This document shows positions 55,227 through 64,000 of a stretch of 64,000 nucleotides of DNA, piece after piece (the stretch's first letter is position 1; every line of letters begins with the position of its first letter). The notes under the pieces are model-generated. The model was not told where the DNA came from and searched no databases. It worked only from the letters and a program-made list of their open reading frames with translations. The translations under genes were made by a program, and so were the position numbers. The stretch is from a virus. The stretch is from positions 13,277-77,276 of IMG/VR virus record IMGVR_UViG_3300020202_000068. One strand, written 5' to 3'.

Positions 55227-55449
55227 CCTGTCCTTGGTTACCACAAAGGAGCTATTAGATGCCTTGATGGGTCGATTCGACCACGGCATCGTCTGCGGCA
55301 TGATGGTCACGAATGAGACGAATCGTGTGGTGGTGAGGAAATATGTCGGTGACCCGATGACGGCTTGCGGTCTTTCCCAGTGGGCGATCAGGCTCGTTAT
55401 GGCGGAAGCGGAAGATGGGGCTGGAGATTTAACCCTCGATGATATTTAG
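55213..55449 (+). CDS. hypothetical protein
   Basis: GAGGAGG SD. Confidence 0.6.
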   Translation: MEEVDLSLVTTKELLDALMGRFDHGIVCGMMVTNETNRVVVRKYVGDPMTACGLSQWAIRLVMAEAEDGAGDLTLDDI

Positions 55450-55455
55450 GAGAGC

Positions 55456-55671
55456 ATGATGCTACGCGGCAACGTCTGCGACATGAACCAGAACACCCAA
55501 TTGATCTACGCCCTAGAGGAACTGGAGAAGAGGACTGGCGAGGATGGCTGCTGGACGGAGTACAACCCGCTCCTTGGCCCGTGGGAGTTCATCCTCGACG
55601 GGGAGACGCTCCAGTGCGGGGCGGCCCTCTACGACCAACTCCGCCTTGATGAGCAAGCGATGTGCAATTAG
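55456..55671 (+). CDS. hypothetical protein
   Basis: AGGAG SD. Confidence 0.55.
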   Translation: MMLRGNVCDMNQNTQLIYALEELEKRTGEDGCWTEYNPLLGPWEFILDGETLQCGAALYDQLRLDEQAMCN

Positions 55672-55868
55672 TAGATGATCCGGCCTTCGTGAAGCTTCTG
55701 GAGGACGGTGCGAACATAACCCTCCACGCTCAGCTTCCTGGCCTCAGCCAGCATCTTGACCTTCTTATACCCGTCCTCAGTGAGGCGAACGGCGATCACC
55801 TTGTTGCGCACATTCCAGGGGTCGAGCTTCGGGCGGCCACCCTTTTTCTTTGGGGGTTGATCATCCAT
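55668..55868 (-). CDS. ribbon-helix-helix regulator with AT-hook-like GRP
   Basis: KKGGRPK..VIAVRLTED....L..A....LSVEGYVR. Confidence 0.8.
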   Translation of the reverse strand: MDDQPPKKKGGRPKLDPWNVRNKVIAVRLTEDGYKKVKMLAEARKLSVEGYVRTVLQKLHEGRIIY

Positions 55869-55952
55869 GAATTATTCGCGTTGCAGGAAAGGGTGGTTAT
55901 CGTATCATGAAACCATCCTAGTCAGTTTACTCGATCTTCCTTGGAGGGTGAA

Positions 55953-56285
55953 ATGAGGTTGTTCGTCGAGTGTTTCGCGTGTCTGGTGGTGAGCGTTGCG
56001 ATCGGTGCTCTGGGCTTAGCCTGTGCGGACGTGAAGATGCAGGACCGGGTGGTTACTGCTGAGCGGGCAGATGGCGGCAAGACAGAGAAGTGGTGGACCG
56101 TAAACATATACAGCGGCGGGACTTGCGTCAAAACTCTGTATGTCAAAGGCGAGCATCCATACCCACGCGGAGCGGTCAATGGCCAGACGGGATTCACGTT
56201 CTGGGATCACACTGGCGAGCAGGTCGAGGCGTACGGTGCCACGATCATGATTGAGCGTTGCTATTACCCACCGAAACCGAGGTAA
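55953..56285 (+). CDS. putative lipoprotein
   Basis: Hydrophobic leader ending LAC; GGAGG SD. Confidence 0.55.
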   Translation: MRLFVECFACLVVSVAIGALGLACADVKMQDRVVTAERADGGKTEKWWTVNIYSGGTCVKTLYVKGEHPYPRGAVNGQTGFTFWDHTGEQVEAYGATIMIERCYYPPKPR

Positions 56286-56517
56286 GTCATGACGCCAGAA
56301 GAACTTGCGATGCTTTAAGAGATGGCACCAGAGATCATGAAGAAGGCCAAGCTCTACGACTGGCTCGTGTCGCAGCTGAGGCCCAGCGGGGCCAGTAATT
56401 ACGGGACCGTATTCTGGAGTATTCCGCTTGGCGTCTTGAGCGGGATACCAGCCAAAAGCCCGCAAGAAGCGGTCGAGAAGGCCTACGCTAAGTGGAATAG
56501 CAATAAGGACTTAAGTC

Positions 56518-56805
56518 GTGGTAGAGCTGACGAAGCACGCGATCAAGCGGTTCCAGCAACGGTACACCCAATGCTCGAACCGGGAAGCAGCGGAGATGCT
56601 CCGCCTGGCCTACCAGGAAGCGAAGCCGCCCCCGAAGTACGTTCGTCGTAAATACAAGCCATATAGCACTTTAAGCGAACACGGACGGGTGGCTTTCTAC
56701 CACAAGTTCTCGGGCCTATTGATCGTGTGCTCCAGCGGCACGCGATGGCCGCACTGCATCGTCACCGTCATTTCCGTTCCCTTCCCCCAGGAGGAGCCCG
56801 CATGA
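56518..56805 (+). CDS. RelE-like/DUF4258-type protein
   Basis: LTKHAIKRFQQR...IVTVI. Confidence 0.6.
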   Translation: MVELTKHAIKRFQQRYTQCSNREAAEMLRLAYQEAKPPPKYVRRKYKPYSTLSEHGRVAFYHKFSGLLIVCSSGTRWPHCIVTVISVPFPQEEPA

Positions 56806-57017
56806 ACTGGACTGAAGCCAAGAGCTGGCTGATGTGCGAAAACAAGCCTCTCGTATTCAATCCAGACCGAGAAGCATTCGAGGCAATGGTCGAGCAGATC
56901 GAAGCTAACCGCTTGGCAATACAGGAGTTACGTGCTGAGTACGACAGCCATTATCACCGCGAGGACGGAGGTGGTTACACTGGCGGACCGAGGTGGATTG
57001 CCCAGATTAACACCTGA
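56802..57017 (+). CDS. hypothetical protein
   Basis: GGAGGAG SD; ATGA overlap. Confidence 0.55.
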   Translation: MNWTEAKSWLMCENKPLVFNPDREAFEAMVEQIEANRLAIQELRAEYDSHYHREDGGGYTGGPRWIAQINT

Positions 57018-57049
57018 TGAAACGTGATGGACTCCAGGGGGCTAACAGC

Positions 57050-57412
57050 ATGAAGGTGATTATCGCTGGCTCTCGCTCTATCACCGACGAGAACGAAGTG
57101 GTGCAAGCCATTGTGGATTCAGGGTTTATGATCACGGAGGTGGTTTCTGGAGGGGCTCGTGGCGTGGATCGGATCGGCGAGAAGTGGGCCCAGATGATGG
57201 GGATTCCTGTTACCAGATTCATCCCCGACTGGGAGCACCTCGGTAAGTCAGCAGGTCACACCAGGAACCATGACATGGCAGTTTACGTGGGTTCACAAGG
57301 AGGGCTGATTCTGGTCTGGGATGGGATGTCATCTGGATCAAAGAATATGTTGCAACATGCGACCACATATGAACTTAGGATTCATCAGCATGTGCCAAAC
57401 CTCCTATTTTAA
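57050..57412 (+). CDS. YspA/SLOG (DUF2493) family protein
   Basis: KVIIAGSR, VSGGARGVD, GKSAG..RN..M, WDG.S.GS.NM. Confidence 0.88.
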   Translation: MKVIIAGSRSITDENEVVQAIVDSGFMITEVVSGGARGVDRIGEKWAQMMGIPVTRFIPDWEHLGKSAGHTRNHDMAVYVGSQGGLILVWDGMSSGSKNMLQHATTYELRIHQHVPNLLF

Positions 57413-57923
57413 CAGGCGAGAAAACAGGCCAAGCTCCAGATGGGTAACCTTAAATCAAAGACTGTTCCGATGGGTGCCCCGCCCCCCTTCCGTTTCCACC
57501 TGGCAGTACCGCTCTAACTCCCTGCTATTACTAGACTTATGGCCCGTCCTAGCTATCTACGGTCTTGACATCGCGGCCATCTCATCCACCATTCACCGTC
57601 TAACAGGCATCTACCACCAGCCAATACGCCATTGGACCACGCCGCATTGTGGGGCCTATCGCCATTGGTGCGCTGGAGTCTATCGGCTCCCTGATCCCTT
57701 CCACCCCTACTGGCCGCTACCCGCCTATTGATTCCTCTTGGAGTGTATGAGGAGGGTTTAGACCATCATTACTCCCGCTAATACTAAGTCGTCTCAACTG
57801 TAGGCTGGTTTAATAGTTCACGGCAACCAGCCGCTTGCGATTTCGCACCCCCCGAAATGGGAATTTCCGCGTTTTGCCCCCTCCCGGTTGTAGCCCGATT
57901 CGGAATTTCTTTCCGCGTGGTGC

Positions 57924-57951
57924 TTGCAATCGCACCGCTTCCCGCTACACT
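57924..57951 (+). promoter_or_regulatory. sigma70-like early promoter
   Basis: TTGCAA-16 bp-TACACT upstream of the 58008 gene. Confidence 0.5.
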
Positions 57952-58007
57952 TCTCTTTAGTTGGTCACTGTCACTGACCGACAAACACGCAATCAGGAGT
58001 CTCCGCC

Positions 58008-58643
58008 ATGCTACTTGCCGCCCATTGCGGGCCATCCGGGTTCACTGCCATCGCCGATGATGGTCAACGGTTCAAGGGTCAATACCTTGCCCCCCTGCCA
58101 GCCCATCTTAAATCCGATGGTTCCGCAGCCATCCAAGAGGGCGAGGACCGTAACCCGGTTGATTCCCCTATCCGCCTACGTCAGCCGCACCGCTTCGACG
58201 CAATGGCCGACAGCCGCTTTGATCCGGCCCGCATGACAGACGAAGAACGGGCCGGATTGCTCGCCGCTGAAGTGCAGAATGACAGCCAGCCGGTCTTGAT
58301 TGCCATTCGTCTCTTTCATCGTCTGGGATGGTCGATACGCGACCTGCTGGACGATAACAGCCAGCCAGTTCCCAAGGTGGAACCATACGTGGCCTACAGC
58401 CGCTTGCCGGTTGTAGGGGAATCGGAAGGCTATTCGATGCCGCAGCCGATTCTCTCCCCTGCCCGCAGCCGCTTTGCCGACGTGCAATACGCAATCGAGA
58501 ATTGCCGCCAGCTTGGTGAATTCCTCTCTCTCTTGGCGCGTCGCTTTGAGCCAGTGCCGTTTGATCCGACGCCCGCCAGCCGCTTGGGTGAATACGTCAT
58601 GCGGCAGTATGCCAAGCGGCACACGGCGGAATGCGGCAGCTAG
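58008..58643 (+). CDS. hypothetical early protein
   Basis: AGGAG SD after the promoter. Confidence 0.6.
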   Translation: MLLAAHCGPSGFTAIADDGQRFKGQYLAPLPAHLKSDGSAAIQEGEDRNPVDSPIRLRQPHRFDAMADSRFDPARMTDEERAGLLAAEVQNDSQPVLIAIRLFHRLGWSIRDLLDDNSQPVPKVEPYVAYSRLPVVGESEGYSMPQPILSPARSRFADVQYAIENCRQLGEFLSLLARRFEPVPFDPTPASRLGEYVMRQYAKRHTAECGS

Positions 58644-58741
58644 TTGCGGCCTATCATCGGCTGCCGTGAGTGTCACGGTGGCCATTGATAGGCCGGGCTA
58701 TTTCGGCCCGGTCAATTGTCCCCTGTCAAAGGGTATGAACC

Positions 58742-59221
58742 ATGACGAAGATTCAGAGCAAGCAAGAGGCGCAAGCGTTTTTGGCCGCGTTCAAGCTGGA
58801 TGAGGACGGCCTGCCCCCCGCTGGCACGGCCGACAGCGCTCTGGCCGATTACATGACGGCCACAACGCTTGTCGGCAAGACGTTTGATTTCGTGGCATTC
58901 CTCTCGAAAGCGAAAAACTCGGTGGCCAAGAGCGGCGCGCCCTGCCCGATCGATGAGGCGACGTTCGCGGCCCGTGCCCCCGAATTGGAATTGACCATGT
59001 TCGGGACGAAGATCAAGACCATGAAAAAGCATGGTGCCCCCCGCAAGAATCCCAAGACTGGGGAACTCTCTGGCGGCGCGTTCAAGAGCGGCGCGTTTGG
59101 CTACTGGTTCGGCGGTCAGGTCACGCTGGAAATCGACGGCAAGCCCGTCAAGTTCCAAGCGGGTGGCCAGTTGGTTGCCGTCAACAGTGGCAAGGGCAGC
59201 GACGAAGCCCAGAGCAGCTAA
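58742..59221 (+). CDS. hypothetical early protein
   Basis: Strong codon bias; followed by a terminator. Confidence 0.7.
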   Translation: MTKIQSKQEAQAFLAAFKLDEDGLPPAGTADSALADYMTATTLVGKTFDFVAFLSKAKNSVAKSGAPCPIDEATFAARAPELELTMFGTKIKTMKKHGAPRKNPKTGELSGGAFKSGAFGYWFGGQVTLEIDGKPVKFQAGGQLVAVNSGKGSDEAQSS

Positions 59222-59250
59222 CAGCCGCTTACACCCCTGTTTCTCACTCA

Positions 59251-59288
59251 AGCCCCTATTCGCCTAGTGCGGGTAGGGGCTACTTTTA
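59251..59288 (+). terminator. intrinsic terminator
   Basis: AGCCCCTATTCGC/GCGGGTAGGGGCT then ACTTTT. Confidence 0.7.
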
Positions 59289-59582
59289 TGCGCTGATTGA
59301 ATCGGCCATATGGCGGGCCGCAATACAAGCCGCGCCCTGCCGATTTTCAGTTTGCGGGCATCGGGACGCATTTTCGATTTGCGGGCCGCAGCGGGCCGCG
59401 CAGGAGGCTTGACGGGCATTCTGGCGCGTCGCTTGCGGCGGATTCGGGCCGCGCCGCAGCGACCACTAGCCCAACCGGACAGTTCATAGGCCAACTGGAC
59501 TATGCGGAATGCCGCACCTACGCTGTCCTAACGCTGCTGATTAAGGAACACATCCTCTTTCCACGCAATAAGGAACACTAGC

Positions 59583-60962
59583 ATGAACATTCATCACGAG
59601 ATTCAGGACGCCAGGTTTCAGGATAAGCGTGTCACCATGGAGATCACCCCGGACAATCACGGCGTAACCATTGGGGTGGATGGTGTTGACAACGAGATCA
59701 TTATTGACCTGTCGGCCGGCTTCCTGAATATCTACACCACAAATGCACGGGGTGAGACCGACGGCAGGATTTTGGGGTCTCTTGCGGTTGGTCGGTAAGG
59801 GGCGCGAGTAGCCTTCAGTGGCCTAGTTCCACTGGGGGCCTTCCTGCCTCTTTACTAGGAGCTGGCTATTCACATGAAGGCATACCTTCGATGGACAAAG
59901 AATTAAGGGACAAAGCCATCCTGGCTATTGCCTCATGCGATCAGATCGAGATGGCCATTAGAGAGAAGGACGAGGTGATGATTGCCGTCTATCGGAAGGC
60001 CATTAAGGACTGGGCCAAGGACATTACGAAGGAAAAGATGCTGGTTTGGTGCCAGATGGTCAGGGGAGAGGCATTGGCTGCCCTGAGGGAGCTGGAGGAA
60101 GAGGATTGTGAGGGGGCCTGAGGGTCGATCTTGTGTTCCTGTCCCTTTAACCACGCTAGAAGGAAGACCTGCCATGAACGACGATTGCGATATTGACGAG
60201 GTTGAGAGAAAGGTCACAGAGATATTTCACGGACCAGCCCCCAAGTGTGAATGCTGCGGGGAGAGGGACATTCACTGCCGCTGGCGGCCGGCATATCAGA
60301 TGATCCTGTGTCCAAGCTGTCCGAAGTAGTTCGTTTCCTTAACTGTCACTAGGGAAAGGAGTTAGGTGGGTCATGGGAACAGCTCTTGAGGCCCTGCATG
60401 TCGCTGCTGAGGCGATCAGGAACATGCCGGACATCCTGGAATGCACGGCTGATAACGATAACGACAGCGGGGAGATCATCTTCACTGTTAAGAGCACTAA
60501 TCGACAGTTCGTGCTCAGACTGTCGGAGGATGAGGATTATGGACAGGGAGGTGGATGAATAGCTTGTTTCTTCCGTGTCACCTGAAGAAAGGAGTGAGTG
60601 CCTATGGGTCCAGACCTAATGCTCGCGTACCTGCTGTGGGAGATGGAGCCCCTGCTTCCTCAGAGCGAGGAACAACTGCCGGAGGATGACCCCTGGCGGG
60701 ATATTGGGGGTGAGGGATGAACTACTTCCCTCCAGCAGGCGTCCGAACAGATGATTGGCCAGCCAGAAACAAATATGGCGGCTATCGGATGAAGAATATG
60801 TACGGCTGGTGGATGGGAGTGACGCAATACGTCGATTACTTCCAGGCCCATATGTGGCACCACCGCGATGGAGGGGACTCGAAGATGAGGAAGTTCAGCA
60901 CTGAACTGGAAGCACTGAACTGGCTCGATGACCAAGTCCTGCTCTTAGCCATCCCCATATGA
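59583..60962 (+). other. cluster of small early ORFs (59583-59798, 59891-60121, 60174-60329, 60373-60558, 60717-60962)
   Basis: Short co-oriented ORFs, mostly with SD-like sequences. Confidence 0.55.
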
Positions 60963-61033
60963 GGGGCCGTAATCAGCAGTCGTGGGATAGCTCACGGCTG
61001 CTCTTTATGTTTCCTTAAAAGAAGGAGGTTCCC

Positions 61034-61411
61034 ATGAAACGCATCACACCCAATTCAGTGGTTGATGCCTACATCGCCACAGGCATGTATCCCGTGTTCC
61101 GCAAATGGTCCACGCGGGACAACAAGGGCGGGTGTGGACTGATTGTCACGCTCTGCTCGCTCAATGGCAGCTATCCGAAGCACAAGAGTCGATTCGACAC
61201 GATCGTGAAGGTCCTGGGGCTGGAATTGGACTACGCCCGGGGGTTCACGCGGGGCTTTGACGGCCGCCCGCCGCTGAATTACAGCGAGTATTTTGACATT
61301 GGCCAGCATGACGGGAGAGCGGCTCGCGAGGCTGTCCGCGAATACTTCGGCATCGGACGCAGGAAGAAGGCACTCTCGCGAAGCTCTACCCCCGAGCTGG
61401 CGACTGTCTAA
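61034..61411 (+). CDS. hypothetical protein
   Basis: AAGGAGG SD; flanked by terminators. Confidence 0.65.
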   Translation: MKRITPNSVVDAYIATGMYPVFRKWSTRDNKGGCGLIVTLCSLNGSYPKHKSRFDTIVKVLGLELDYARGFTRGFDGRPPLNYSEYFDIGQHDGRAAREAVREYFGIGRRKKALSRSSTPELATV

Positions 61412-61427
61412 TCGTTTTGGCGTGGCG

Positions 61428-61471
61428 ACCCGTCCGGTGCCCTGCGTGGGGGTGCTGAGACGGGTTTTTTT
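61428..61471 (+). terminator. intrinsic terminator
   Basis: ACCCGTC...GACGGGT followed by a T tract. Confidence 0.7.
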
Positions 61472-61504
61472 ATTGCCTCTTAGCCACGAAGGGAGCTGAT
61501 AGCC

Positions 61505-62662
61505 ATGAGAATGCCACGCTTTATCGAAAGACGGCTCAGTTGGGTGAGCTGGTGGATTGCGAAATGGGCCATTGCCAGACTGGGTATCGACGGGAATTGG
61601 CCACGCTGGAATGGGTCGCAGTGGGAGGTCTATGCCAGTGGACGCTGGCAGCGTGCTCCCACGCCGCCGTATGTGTATGAAGCCAGTATGGGCTGGTTCT
61701 ACAAAATCAAGGGCTGGGAGACCGGCAGGCCGGTTCTCGAAACCATCTTCGAGAGCCAGGCGGACGCCGATGATTTCGTGAAGAAGCATATGGCCGTTAG
61801 TGGCACATTGCAGGCCACCCCCAAAATGAAACAAGGAGCCTGAGCCATGCCACCGAAAGAATGGGAACATCCGGTCTTTACTGTGACCGTGGAGGAGGTT
61901 TCTCGTACGGAGTATTACATCCGTGCGGAGAGCGTGGAGGAGGCCGAGGCGATGGTCTTAAGGACTAAGCCCGGACTGCTGGCTAATGGGATGGGGCACG
62001 GCCAGCCCGCTGTCATCTCGACCCGCACCCTATCCACCGTCAAAGAGGAGCATTCCCAATGATCCGTCGGATTATGTCGCTAGTGGATTATGGGTCGGAT
62101 GAGTTCTGGCTCGTGATCCACGCCGTCGCGAAGGTAGCCGGTCTAATCCTCTGGTTTTGCCTGGCCTATCAAGTCCCTCAGGAGCAGCAGGCGCTCCTCT
62201 GGGCGGTCGTCGGGTTCATCTGGCTCTGGGAGAACCTGGAATGAGTGAGCCTCGACGCATCTTCGATGTGAATGGTGGCATCATCTCCCATCCCGATGGG
62301 TTTTTTAACGCCGTCCAGGCAATTGTCCAGATGATCGACGGAATGGAGGAAGGCAACTTCGACCGGGCGGATATGAGGGCCATGCTCGCCGTCGTTGTGG
62401 GAGAGGCTGAATTTCACCTGCTGTTCCTAAAGCCACGAAATAAGGGGGATTCATGAAGTACATCATCCGGGAGCAGATTCCCTGCTACGTGGACTTCTTC
62501 CGGGAGGTCGAGGCGGAGAGCGAGGAAGATGCTCTCGATAAGGACGTGCAGGGCGACAACCGCTATCTCGGTCATCGTGTCGGTGACTCTATTGGCCATA
62601 TGGACCCCACAGAGCATGGGGTTGTCGATTCCCTGCCGGAGTTTGGATTTCATCCCGAATAG
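61505..62662 (+). other. cluster of small early ORFs (61505-61843, 61847-62062, 62059-62244, 62241-62456, 62453-62662)
   Basis: Contiguous, mostly ATGA-coupled; two carry the (V/I)xAESxEEA motif. Confidence 0.6.
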
Positions 62663-62693
62663 CCACCCCGCTTAAACCGGATGCGTGGCAGGA

Positions 62694-62739
62694 GCCCCTA
62701 GCTGGCAGGCATCGAGCCTGACTGGCTAGGGGCATTTTT
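62694..62739 (+). terminator. intrinsic terminator
   Basis: GCCCCTAGCTGG...CTGGCTAGGGGC-ATTTTT. Confidence 0.7.
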
Positions 62740-62760
62740 CAGTATTGGAGGGCCACGCAA

Positions 62761-63213
62761 ATGCCATTGAAATTGAACCAATTAGTGATCGGGAAGAAGT
62801 ACCGGATTACCCGCGTCACGCGAGGGGAGCTGTATTCTGCGTCCACCGCTGACGGGGTTGCCCGGAACGAGGCTGTTGGGATGGTGGTTACGATCCTGGA
62901 TATTCCCAGGGAAATAGACCCCCGCTGGACGCTACGGATGGAGTTCTCACCCAAGGACGCCGATAAGCTCAGGAAATGCGGTGTCAGCATCAACCCAAAC
63001 AACATCAAAGGCTTCTATCCACCCGAGCTGGAAGAGGTCATTGAGGACCCCCGGGAAGCTATCGAGCTGGCCTGGTTCGACTACACGGATCAAGTTGAGT
63101 ATCTGGCGTCGGGCCGACCGATTAAGGAGATTGAGGACGATCTACGGGACGCCTTTGAGGCCGGCTATCGGGCTGCTGTCGAGGGAGGTGCGTCATGCCG
63201 CAATACGAAGTAG
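62761..63213 (+). CDS. SH3-like domain protein, paralogue 1
   Basis: LVIGKKYRI N-terminus; ELAWFDY..AFEAGY C-terminus. Confidence 0.65.
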   Translation: MPLKLNQLVIGKKYRITRVTRGELYSASTADGVARNEAVGMVVTILDIPREIDPRWTLRMEFSPKDADKLRKCGVSINPNNIKGFYPPELEEVIEDPREAIELAWFDYTDQVEYLASGRPIKEIEDDLRDAFEAGYRAAVEGGASCRNTK

Positions 63214-63818
63214 GGAAGAAATACCGGATCGTGGGGATCAACGAGATCAGTGATTTCAAGCCCCTGGAGTCGCTGTTACTGGGGCAGGTGGTCACGGTCA
63301 GGAAGCATGATGATGGGCCTGGGTGGGTCACGGTCTGCGAGTTCGAGAGCCTGCCCACCGAACTGACATCGCACTGGGCCTGGCTGAACAATCACAAGTC
63401 GGCCACCAGCACGTCCATCTACTGTCCCGTCCTGGAGGAAGTCATGCCCGCAGAGCTGAAGGTCGGGATGCGGGTGCGGGTCGTGGGCAAGCCAGTGGGG
63501 GTGTATCAGGCGATCGACGCGGTGGGCACGATCATTGTCTTCAACCCGGACATGAGACAGGAGTACAACCAAAATTACGGCATCGAATTCGATTGTGATG
63601 TGCCTAATGGACACGATCTCGGCCAGCTGAGGATGGGCAGCAAACGCGGCTTATGGGTCGAACCCAAGCTCATCACCCCCCTCGAATCCACCCCCGACTT
63701 CACCGCCCTAGAGCTGGCCTGGGGGGACTATCTCGATCAAGATGGCGATCCCGCCCACGAGGAAGCCTTCAAGGCCGGGTGGGAGGCTGCTCTGGCCAGT
63801 AAAGGAGCCACGAAATGA
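63195..63818 (+). CDS. tandem SH3/CAP-Gly-like domain protein, paralogue 2
   Basis: YEVGKKYRI, LKVGMRVRV..GTI..YGIEFD...GHDLG; ELAWGDY..AFKAGW. Confidence 0.65.
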   Translation: MPQYEVGKKYRIVGINEISDFKPLESLLLGQVVTVRKHDDGPGWVTVCEFESLPTELTSHWAWLNNHKSATSTSIYCPVLEEVMPAELKVGMRVRVVGKPVGVYQAIDAVGTIIVFNPDMRQEYNQNYGIEFDCDVPNGHDLGQLRMGSKRGLWVEPKLITPLESTPDFTALELAWGDYLDQDGDPAHEEAFKAGWEAALASKGATK

Positions 63819-64000
63819 GGAAGCGTGAGTGCAAGGTCGGGGCGCGGGTCAGGATCAAAGATAAGGCCTACGGAAAAAGCTACTTCCCGGGACCAGGAAC
63901 GATCGTGTTTGTTTTCCCGCACGGCCCGTACGTGGGCGTTGAGTTTGATGACGTGGGCCTGGACAATGCTGGCCATTCCATAAATGGCTTGGCTGCTGAT
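63815..64000 (+). CDS. SH3/CAP-Gly-like protein, paralogue 3 (3'-truncated)
   Basis: AAGGAG SD; CKVGARVRI..GTIV..YVGVEFD...GHSING; runs off the window. Confidence 0.6.
   Translation, partial: MRKRECKVGARVRIKDKAYGKSYFPGPGTIVFVFPHGPYVGVEFDDVGLDNAGHSINGLAAD

Noticed and set aside
1-64000. Stop-codon reassignment
   Set aside because: Core genes are full length in code 11, all three stop codons are used, and there is no suppressor tRNA.

Overview
This window is about 64 kb of a GC-rich tailed dsDNA phage (Caudoviricetes) or prophage, truncated at both edges. The host is probably a Planctomycete, an inference from a Planctomycete-type conserved protein, a Tat-signal protein and csrA. Plus-strand early/middle blocks encode an SSB-like protein, ParB-like protein, SF2 helicase, nucleases, Dam methylase, a serine recombinase and many small ORFs. 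A long minus-strand late region encodes scaffold, major capsid, cement, a glycosyltransferase-methyltransferase fusion, terminase, an intein-containing portal, adaptor, tail tube, tail and ejection proteins, a lysis-like cluster and tail fibres. The most striking feature is an apparently complete phage-encoded Csr/Rsm translational circuit with three parts: (i) a csrA gene on the opposite strand inside the late operon; (ii) ANGGA-in-loop hairpins, the canonical CsrA site, directly over the ribosome-binding sites of at least 12 late genes and of csrA itself, but not over the early-gene starts I inspected; and (iii) a short CsrB/RsmZ-like multi-GGA-hairpin RNA at the end of an early operon. Other oddities are a histone-fold gene, probable ATC and ACG start codons, an HNH that replaced its host gene's 3' end, a CarF/TMEM189 desaturase, tRNA-like RNAs and a dispersed 45-bp palindromic element. 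All protein calls are by motif recognition only; no database searches were run.
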